From: Chloroflexia bacterium
Lineage (GTDB): Bacteria; Chloroflexota; Chloroflexia; Chloroheliales; Chloroheliaceae
Direction of reading: 5' to 3'
Assembly: GCA_038210655.1 (NCBI GenBank)
Contig: JBBQWM010000003.1
Coordinates: forward strand, 49,729 to 113,728
DNA length: 64,000 nucleotides
Both the position numbers and the translations under genes were made by a program. The notes below the pieces were generated by a model. That model had not been told where the DNA came from, did no database searches, and saw only the letters and a program-made list of their open reading frames with translations. Position 1 is the stretch's first letter; each line of letters opens with the position of its first letter. Of this stretch, positions 56,923 through 64,000 are shown piece by piece.

Positions 56923-59109
56923 ATGAAAAACCCGTCCTATTTTTCAGCAACCCGTTATGCCAAATTCTCCTGGTTGACGGCACTTATGTTGGTGCTTTTG
57001 CCACTGACCGCTTGCGGTGACTCGCCGACCGCTACACCGGTTCCGACGACTGCCGCCGCTACGACCGCCCCGGCTACTACTACGGCAGCAACGACCATTG
57101 CCGCAACAACTGCCGCAACAACTGTGGTAGCCACGACTACCGTCCCGGTTACCACAACCGCCGCTACGACGGCAGCCGCCACGACATCTAAAGCGGCTTC
57201 TACTCCTACAGCCGTGCGTACCGTGCCGTTGATGGCGACGGTCGGTCGCGCCCCGGTTCCGACGGCGGCTCCGACCACCCCTTCGGCTAATCCGACCACG
57301 CCCGCCCAACCGCGTCCCACCTTGCCGCCGCCCGATCCAAGCAGCAAGGCCGACCCCTTGCTGGTCAGTATCATCAGCCTTTATACCAAAACGCAGGGTA
57401 CTGACGATCAGAAGCTCAAAGCGGCCCGTGATTTTGCTATCGATATTGAAGCTTTGATCGAAGATCAGGACGAAATAGCGCTCGATATTGAGGTAGCCAG
57501 CACCGCTGATATAAAGCCCGTTTCGGACAAGATCGTGGCAATGGGTGGCTCTGTGGACGATACCGAAGAAATCGTCGGGACACACCTGTTGCTGGCTTCT
57601 GTGCCGCTTAAGATTTTTGTGACTTATGCTAACCCGACCACCAAAGATAACTTCTTGCGCGATCTGGGTGGTACTGCCGGGGTCAAGCTGATTAATTTGC
57701 CTTTCGCCGAAGATACCAAAGAATTGAAAGGCTTGCCGAACAACATCGACGCGCTACGGGCCTTATTCCAGGCCAACAAGAACCAGGGTGTCAAGGTGAT
57801 GGGGGCCGACAAGTGGCAAGCCGTCGGGATCACCGGCAAAGGTGTGACGGTCGGTATTATCGATAGTGGCTACCGCTTCCACCAGCAATTGCGTGGGACG
57901 GCCTTGCCCGTCGATTTTAAGGTCGAAGACTTTTCCCAAAAACTTCTCAAAGAGGATAGTATCGAAAAGAGCGTTCACGGGACTGCCGTAGCTGAAATCA
58001 TCTACTCTGTCGCGTCGGATGCCAAACTGATCGCGACCTCGATCAGTGGGACGGATGCCGAATTTAGCGAGGCGATTGACTATCTGGTTGCTCAGAAAGT
58101 CGATTTTATTTCGGTTTCGATGGGCAACAACTCCGAAGCCGAAGACGGTCAATCGGCCCTTAGCAAGAAGGTTGAGGAAGTTAATAAGCAGACCGGCATT
58201 GTCTTCTTTATGGCTTCCGGCAACGAAGGTCAGGAGCATTACGCTGGGATTTTTGCTCCGGATGTCCGAGGTTCCCACCAGTGGATACCAAAAGTAGACC
58301 GCATGGCAATTGGCAACCCGACCGATCAACCGCTCCCCAGCACGGTTCTACTGCGTTGGGATCAGTGGCTCAATGGTGGGGTGAACCCCCAGGCGACCGA
58401 CTTTGATCTGGTGATCGAGGATGCCAGTGGCGCGGTCTTGTTTGTTTCGGATGCCGACCAGCGCAGCCGTCCACCGCTCGAAGCCGCCCGACTTAATATC
58501 CCGCCCAAAGCCCTGATTTATATCAAGGTGCGGGTCAAGGATGGCACGCCAATGCCGGAGAAGCCGGTACGCTTGCATATTTTCGTGACAGGTGGCATTC
58601 CGCCCCAGTTTCTCACACCGGTCATGACGGTCGGGACTTCGGCTGACTCCAAAGGCGCGATTGCGGTCGGCTCGATTGACCCGCCCGATGGCGATCTTAT
58701 CGCTACCTATAGCAGTCAGGGGCCTCTCAGTGATGGACGCTTGAAGCCGGAAATCGTGGCTCCTGGCGGGGTCAACAGTGCCGCTTACGAGGCTAACGGT
58801 GGCTCGGTTTTCAACGGAACCAGCGCGGCTACTCCCCAGGTCAGTGGTCTGGCCGCCCTGATAAAGAGCGGCAATCTGACCCTAACACCCGCCGAGGTAG
58901 TCCAAATCCTGTTGGAAAACGCCAAAGCTCCGGCAGGGGCGCAACTCCCCAACTCGGTCTACGGCTACGGGCGGGCCGATGTGTCGAACCTGCCACCCGG
59001 CCCAGTCAAGCCAAAAGGCTCGCTGGCCCCATTGCCCGCGCCCAACCTTAACCCGCCCTTGCCGCTCGACATTGTCACCGGCTATCCCGCTCCTGTCCAG
59101 GGGAACTAG
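56923..59109 (+). CDS. S8 subtilase lipoprotein with Thr/Ala/Pro stalk
   Basis: Lipobox LTAC; catalytic IIDSG, HGTAVA, ASGNEG, GTSAATP. Confidence 0.9.
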   Translation: MKNPSYFSATRYAKFSWLTALMLVLLPLTACGDSPTATPVPTTAAATTAPATTTAATTIAATTAATTVVATTTVPVTTTAATTAAATTSKAASTPTAVRTVPLMATVGRAPVPTAAPTTPSANPTTPAQPRPTLPPPDPSSKADPLLVSIISLYTKTQGTDDQKLKAARDFAIDIEALIEDQDEIALDIEVASTADIKPVSDKIVAMGGSVDDTEEIVGTHLLLASVPLKIFVTYANPTTKDNFLRDLGGTAGVKLINLPFAEDTKELKGLPNNIDALRALFQANKNQGVKVMGADKWQAVGITGKGVTVGIIDSGYRFHQQLRGTALPVDFKVEDFSQKLLKEDSIEKSVHGTAVAEIIYSVASDAKLIATSISGTDAEFSEAIDYLVAQKVDFISVSMGNNSEAEDGQSALSKKVEEVNKQTGIVFFMASGNEGQEHYAGIFAPDVRGSHQWIPKVDRMAIGNPTDQPLPSTVLLRWDQWLNGGVNPQATDFDLVIEDASGAVLFVSDADQRSRPPLEAARLNIPPKALIYIKVRVKDGTPMPEKPVRLHIFVTGGIPPQFLTPVMTVGTSADSKGAIAVGSIDPPDGDLIATYSSQGPLSDGRLKPEIVAPGGVNSAAYEANGGSVFNGTSAATPQVSGLAALIKSGNLTLTPAEVVQILLENAKAPAGAQLPNSVYGYGRADVSNLPPGPVKPKGSLAPLPAPNLNPPLPLDIVTGYPAPVQGN

Positions 59110-59123
59110 CTTTTTACATCAAC

Positions 59124-59160
59124 CTAATAAAACCGCCCCAGATTGGGGCGGTTTTATTAG
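59124..59160. terminator. Bidirectional rho-independent terminator
   Basis: ctaataaaaccgcccca-gat-tggggcggttttattag perfect stem between convergent genes. Confidence 0.85.
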
Positions 59161-59262
59161 GCTGAAAAGCCTTCTTACTTTCTTTACCTACTTAATTTAC
59201 TCTGATCCAGGCTTTGACGGAACATTTGAACAGGGTTAGAGGGAAACTAAAATTTTTAGATT

Positions 59263-59364
59263 GTAACTACTCAGGCCGGGCGACCACATAGGGTCGCACC
59301 CTACAACAGATTTTGGTAGGGGCGACCCTATGTGGTCGCCCAAAGGATGAGGCTGTGTAGTTAC
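59263..59364. repeat. Composite REP doublet family B with outer arms
   Basis: gtaactactcag..gggcgaccacatagggtcgcaccctac..gtaggggcgaccctatgtggtcgccc..gtgtagttac. Confidence 0.8.
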
Positions 59365-59370
59365 TTTAGA

Positions 59371-60132
59371 TTAAGGTACATTTTTAATACAAGCTGATTT
59401 TCGCTCTATTACGGTTTTATCTTCTCGACAATAAAAGTCGAAATCTTTGAAGCCTTGCCATAACACGATCTGATCAGGTTGCTCGTTTAATGTTTTAATA
59501 ACCCAACTTTCATTACTTGTAGGGCTGAAAAATCCAACCCCTGACAAACTTAGATCAGAGTTCAATATCGGTTTACTTCTCACGACAGTAGCAAGTACAA
59601 AGCCTTGAGATAAATATACAAAGCTAATAGTGTAACTAATTACATTCTTATCATAATAATCATGCTGGGCGGTTGCTCTAATATGGCTAGGTTGCCCATA
59701 AGCCTTGATTAAGTCACCAAGTAGGAAGGGTGTCGGATAGTTAGAATGTATTTCATAAATTACAGGGATAGCTTGTTGTAATAAATATCGAGCGGAACCG
59801 CCCGGCTGACCATCTAACCACTTCCAACTTATCTCCCCATGTTTATCACTGGGGCTAAAACTATCCAGCTTCGCCTCCCGGATAAGAAAATTCTTCTTTA
59901 GAATATCTACTGCTTCGGTACTGGTCGTATGTCCAGGTGTAATCCCTTCCCAGCAAGGTGGACGACAGGGTATGCCTTTCAACCAGCGCGATTGCCAGTC
60001 TTTAGTCGATGTAGCACTATCATCGTCACAGGCAGCTAAAAACAGGCAGCTACACAAACACACAAAGATCAGCCTACACCAATAATGCTGAAACGGTGCT
60101 AGACGCTTATTTCTAAACTTCGATTGTAACAC
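59371..60132 (-). CDS. Hypothetical lipoprotein (C..PCW.GI.PG motif)
   Basis: Lipobox LAAC; CRPPCWEGITPG; AT-rich. Confidence 0.65.
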   Translation of the reverse strand: MLQSKFRNKRLAPFQHYWCRLIFVCLCSCLFLAACDDDSATSTKDWQSRWLKGIPCRPPCWEGITPGHTTSTEAVDILKKNFLIREAKLDSFSPSDKHGEISWKWLDGQPGGSARYLLQQAIPVIYEIHSNYPTPFLLGDLIKAYGQPSHIRATAQHDYYDKNVISYTISFVYLSQGFVLATVVRSKPILNSDLSLSGVGFFSPTSNESWVIKTLNEQPDQIVLWQGFKDFDFYCREDKTVIERKSACIKNVP

Positions 60133-60276
60133 AATTATCTCCTCTTACCCGCGAATTTACATCGGTCGAAGCGGATGGGCGAGGCTTATAAACTAGCTAG
60201 AGCCGGGGCAAGTTGTCTGCCCTGGCTCTTATTTTTATAGAAATGAGGGCCTCTGCTATAAGTAAAGAGGCTGGAT

Positions 60277-60693
60277 TTAGCCCCGACTCAACGAAGGATG
60301 CTCATCGTCGGCAGGCTCTTGCGGTTCGTCGCTTTCCTGCCCGGCAGTTCGGTAGATACCAAGTGCTTTGAGCGAGATAGCATTGGCACGGGTAAAGATG
60401 GCCCGCTTTTCTTCCAGGCTAGGCTGATTTAATTCTGCTGCCAACCAATAGTCGAATTTGGCAACTTCCTGGCGCAGCCCCTCAAAGTCGCTATCCCCTT
60501 CACCCTCAGTCACAACCGTTTGGTGTAGCGCAACTGCTTTTTGGTAAATAGAATAGACTTTGGTATAGAGCGCCTTGAGATCTTCGGAGGAAGCCGACCC
60601 ATCTTCCTGGGCCTGCGTACTTGCCAACCAGGTATCAATTTCGGCGATTTCCCGGCTTAATTTCTCTAAATATTTATACGAAATAGGTGGCAT
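60277..60693 (-). CDS. Hypothetical protein with two-fold internal helical repeat
   Basis: LSREIAEIDTWLA...LKALYTKV / LRQEVAKFDYWLA...KRAIFTRA. Confidence 0.6.
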   Translation of the reverse strand: MPPISYKYLEKLSREIAEIDTWLASTQAQEDGSASSEDLKALYTKVYSIYQKAVALHQTVVTEGEGDSDFEGLRQEVAKFDYWLAAELNQPSLEEKRAIFTRANAISLKALGIYRTAGQESDEPQEPADDEHPSLSRG

Positions 60694-61140
60694 GAGTTTT
60701 TGCTCGCTTCTGTCTATTGCAAAATGTTTGGTTACTCAACTACATCGTAACTTATGAGGCTAAAATCGTAAGCGGACAAAGCTCGACAGTTTTTTCAAGC
60801 TACTGACTTTAGTGTAAACCAAAGCGGGTCGCCCTGTCAAGCCCAATCGAACATCGAACATCTAAGTGCGAACTACTCCACCTAGAATAATTGAACCCTG
60901 CAAACAAGTTATCGGGCGATTGCTTTGCTTGCTGCAAGGTGTATAATAAGCCCGGAAAAATCGATAAAGCAAGCTAACTACTCATTTTTGGCTTTCCGAG
61001 CGCCCTTAAGCTGGCTCTAATCTGAGAGCAAATTGGAGCGCAGAGCAGCGACGATTGAGCAGTTATAAATTAAAAGGCTTTTTTGAACCCTGACGGGGGG
61101 AGGTGAAGCTTTTACAGGCGAAAGGTAGTTTTATAAAAGC

Positions 61141-61866
61141 ATGTCACAAACTAAAGAGTTAGAATTAACTTGTCCTCAATGTAATGTTGAGTTTAGCCGT
61201 CCGGGTCATATGGTCGTTGATATGGCAGATGAGGCCGATAGCGAAGCGCTCTGGCAGCTTCAAAATGGTAGCCTCAACCGGGTGGAGTGTCCTAATTGTG
61301 GTGCGCCCGGTATGATCCCGATCCCGGTTATCCTGAATATCCCGGAGCAAGAACTACTCTTACTTTTCGTACCCGGCCTGGAACAGATGGAGCAGGCCCA
61401 GTTGAACTGGACAATCCAGTCGGCTATGCAGGAGTTTATTGAGCAGTTGCCGGAGGAGCGCCAGGCCGAATATCTGCTCCAACCGATTATTACCGATGAA
61501 ATCACTACCCTCCAACAGGCGGCACGGGGAGAATTGACCGCCGAGGATTTGATGATGGAAGGCGAAGAAGACGGCGAATATGACGATGACGACAGCGAGG
61601 ACGAAGAAGAAGGCGGCGAACTGACTGAGGAAGAGCAGCAGGAGATGCTTGAACGCATGAACTTGTTGCAACAGCTGTTCCAGGCTTCCGATAGCCTTGA
61701 GCGGATCAGCTTTATGCGGAACTCACAGCCTTTAGTGGATGATCTCTTTTTGGAGATGATCGCTATCATGAGTCAGCAGGCGGAGACGACTCAGCCTGAA
61801 ATCATTCCTATCTTGCAAAAGATCATGAACGAGGCCGAAGTCTTTATTGCCTCGAACCCAAACTAG
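61141..61866 (+). CDS. CpXC domain protein with acidic linker
   Basis: CPQC...G.LN...CPNCG; Asp/Glu-rich tract. Confidence 0.8.
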   Translation: MSQTKELELTCPQCNVEFSRPGHMVVDMADEADSEALWQLQNGSLNRVECPNCGAPGMIPIPVILNIPEQELLLLFVPGLEQMEQAQLNWTIQSAMQEFIEQLPEERQAEYLLQPIITDEITTLQQAARGELTAEDLMMEGEEDGEYDDDDSEDEEEGGELTEEEQQEMLERMNLLQQLFQASDSLERISFMRNSQPLVDDLFLEMIAIMSQQAETTQPEIIPILQKIMNEAEVFIASNPN

Positions 61867-61870
61867 AACA

Positions 61871-61987
61871 AGGGATGAGGGATGAAGGGGATTTACGATT
61901 TACGATTTACGATTTACGATTGAAGGTTCAGAAGTTACATTCTGCCTTCTGACTTCTGCATTGTTCATCCCTCATCCCTCATCCCTC
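61871..61987. repeat. Composite heptamer array between convergent genes
   Basis: (AGGGATG)x2, (ATTTACG)x4, (TTCTG.C)x3, (TCATCCC)x3. Confidence 0.88.
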
Positions 61988-63338
61988 GCTTGACTTCTTC
62001 GTAGACTTCACGCCAGGGGCGACCACTCTGGCGGGCGAGGGCGGTTACGCTTTCGTATTCGGGGACGGCTTCGACGAATTGTCCATCAAGTAGCTTGAGC
62101 TTGACTTGGGCTGGGCCGAGCGAAGTTTCCACCTGACGAAATTCGCGGCCCGCTAAATAGCGCGTGTAGCGTACACAGCGCACCCCAAAAGTGCTGCTTT
62201 CTCTCAAGATCAAGGCCGCCAACCGAGCCTCGTCGCTAGGACGGGCCAGCACGCTTAACTTGGTGGCCGGACGGTTTTTCTTCATCTGGATCGGCGTAAA
62301 ATAAGCATCCAACGCCTCTGCCGCCATCAACTTTTCCAGCAAATAACCTAACCCTTCCGGGGTCATATCGTCCAGGTTCGTTTCGAGCAAGGCAACCTCA
62401 GCAGGGTCGAAGGATGAAGTAAGGGATGAGGGATGAGGGATGAGGGATGAGGGATGAAGCAAGGGATGAGGGATGAAGGATGAGGGGTGAGGGGTGGTTT
62501 GTAGGGGGTGTTCGTGTTCATGATTATGATCTTGGTCGTGGGTGTGGGTGGTGTGGTGTTGGATGGGTGGAGTGGGGGCGGTGGTTTGACCGAGCCAGAG
62601 GCGTAGGGCGTTAGGCCAGGCGAATTCGCGGCTACCAAAGCCATAGCCGACCCCGTTCAGGCTCATGGCTGGTCGGCCCTGACTGGCTGGTTGGCACAGA
62701 CTGACGATCAAGGCTGCTCCGGTCGGGGTAATCATTTCACCTCTGGCGGGATATTCCACTCCATCGCTCAGGGTGACGGTCGGGGTGAGCGTCGCGCCCC
62801 ATTCAGCCAATAGCTGTAAGGTAGCCGGGGCCGGAACCGGCAACAATCCGTGCGCGGCCCGTACAAAACCACTCCCTAACGGTAGTGGGCTGCAATAAAA
62901 CTCCTCAATCTCGAAGTACTCGAAGCCAATGCAACTTCCCACAATATCGACTAGCGCGTCTACCGCGCCGACCTCGTGAAAATGGATCGCTTCCGGCGGC
63001 CTATTGTGGATACGGCCCTCGGCTTCCGCCAACGCCCAAAAGACTTTTTTGGCCCTTGTTTGTACCCTCGCCGGTAGTCCGCTCTGCTCAATCAGAGCTT
63101 GAATATCGCCGACCGAACGGTGCTGCTGCTCGGTCTGCTCGACCAGCACGTCTAGTTTGATGCCGCTAATCTGGTGTTGCTCGGTAGGGCGCATTTCCAA
63201 ACGGTAGCCCGGCAGCTTGAGCTTGGTGAGGTTATCTTGCAAGTAATCCAGAGGTAAGCCCAGATGCAGCAAGGCTCCAAGCGTCATATCCCCACTCAGC
63301 CCCGAATAGGCATCAAAGTAAAGTACCCTGGTCATCAA
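61965..63338 (-). CDS. larC: Nickel-pincer cofactor biosynthesis protein
   Basis: YFDAYSGLSGDMTLGAL, HFHEVGAVDALVDIVG, HGLLPVPAPAT, ITPTGAA, LETNLDDMTPE, MKKNRP, PEYE. Confidence 0.94.
   Translation of the reverse strand: MMTRVLYFDAYSGLSGDMTLGALLHLGLPLDYLQDNLTKLKLPGYRLEMRPTEQHQISGIKLDVLVEQTEQQHRSVGDIQALIEQSGLPARVQTRAKKVFWALAEAEGRIHNRPPEAIHFHEVGAVDALVDIVGSCIGFEYFEIEEFYCSPLPLGSGFVRAAHGLLPVPAPATLQLLAEWGATLTPTVTLSDGVEYPARGEMITPTGAALIVSLCQPASQGRPAMSLNGVGYGFGSREFAWPNALRLWLGQTTAPTPPIQHHTTHTHDQDHNHEHEHPLQTTPHPSSFIPHPLLHPSSLIPHPSSLTSSFDPAEVALLETNLDDMTPEGLGYLLEKLMAAEALDAYFTPIQMKKNRPATKLSVLARPSDEARLAALILRESSTFGVRCVRYTRYLAGREFRQVETSLGPAQVKLKLLDGQFVEAVPEYESVTALARQSGRPWREVYEEVKRGMRDEG
62410..62497 (-). 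repeat. In-frame (CATCCCT)n heptamer array inside larC
   Basis: About 11 AGGGATG-type units encoding PHPSSFIPHPLLHPSSLIPHPSSL next to the His-rich loop. Confidence 0.88.
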
Positions 63339-63357
63339 CACCTCAATTATTTATTTA

Positions 63358-63441
63358 ACACGGATTAACAGGATTAACGGGATATAAAACTATCCTAAAT
63401 CGTAAATCCCCTTTCATCCCTCATCCCTCATCCTTCATCCC
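63358..63441. repeat. Nonamer (ACGGATTAA-like) plus heptamer repeats between rlmN and larC
   Basis: acacggattaacaggattaacgggat; taaatcgtaaatcccctttcatccctcatccct is the inverted copy of 61871-61902. Confidence 0.8.
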
Positions 63442-63999
63442 TCGAACGCGGCCCTTATCCGACTCGACTTTAAGCTGTCCGCAGGCGGCTTGAATATCGC
63501 GGCCTTTTTCGACGCGCACGCTATTAGGGATACCGGAGCGATCCAGGGCCGCCTGAAAAGCTTTTACCCGCTCGTTGCCCGACCCACGTTGCGGGCTACC
63601 CGGAACCGGGTTCATCGGGATCAAGTTGACGTGACACAGCATCCCCTTGAGCAACGCGCCGAGTTCGCGTCCGGCGGCGGGGCTGTCGTTTTGGCCTTCC
63701 ACCAGCGTATACTCGAAGCTGAGGCGGCGGTTGGTTTTAGTAATATATTCGCGGCAGGATTCGATCAGGTCGGCGATAGGATAACGCTGGTTGATCGGCA
63801 GCATCGAACCCCGCAAAGTATCGTTGGCGGCGTGCAGCGAAATCGCCAGGTTGATCGGCAACTCCTCATCGGCAAAGCGCCGGATCATGGGGGCCAGTCC
63901 GACCGTCGAAACGGTCATCTTTCGCGCTCCCATATTCAGACCGTCCGGGTCGTGAAAGCGGCGGATCGCTTTCCAAAGGTTCAAATAATTCGCCAACGG
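63421..63999 (-). CDS. rlmN: 23S rRNA (adenine2503-C2)-methyltransferase, C-terminal part (truncated by window edge)
   Basis: TVSTVG, LAISLHAAND, EYTL...ND, NLIPMNP, DIQAACGQL. Confidence 0.93.
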   Translation of the reverse strand, partial: PLANYLNLWKAIRRFHDPDGLNMGARKMTVSTVGLAPMIRRFADEELPINLAISLHAANDTLRGSMLPINQRYPIADLIESCREYITKTNRRLSFEYTLVEGQNDSPAAGRELGALLKGMLCHVNLIPMNPVPGSPQRGSGNERVKAFQAALDRSGIPNSVRVEKGRDIQAACGQLKVESDKGRVRGMKDEG

Positions 64000-64000
64000 T

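Noticed and set aside
530-63160. Numerous antisense or overlapping ORFs in the track (e.g. 2517-3164, 3426-4235, 10693-11487, 23618-24238, 55886-56500)
   Set aside because: They are shadow frames of well-supported genes with no motifs or RBS of their own.

Overview
Bacterial chromosomal window of about 55 CDS. By inference from gene content it is from a monoderm Chloroflexota: lipoproteins with long Thr/Ala stalks, FemAB, LarC, CpXC, a MalT/BTAD regulator and no outer-membrane genes. I found no rRNA, tRNA, CRISPR array, transposase or prophage. Housekeeping content includes mutM, photolyase, a Zn/Mn ABC transporter, rqcH, clpS, tatA, rsmI, larC and partial rlmN. Two AT-rich defence-like cassettes sit directly behind DNA-repair genes: an AAA_21 ATPase plus DUF4276, and an HNH nuclease plus C5-methyltransferase. 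Three classes of non-coding repeat occur: a 182-bp MITE family with TIRs and 9-bp target duplications, GTAG-type REP doublets, and heptamer tandem repeats that invade coding sequence. The most striking observation is an ORF missed by the ORF track (33693-33845, minus strand). It encodes a 50-aa peptide, MNKVKFAGLGVYTL-(DMPDNGSGY)x4, whose repeats differ only at synonymous positions. It lies upstream of an NHLP-leader-like small protein and divergent from a 1125-aa MalT-ATPase/TPR/wHTH-BTAD regulator, and the module is flanked by two L,D-transpeptidases. This is a candidate peptide-signal or RiPP-like regulatory system.
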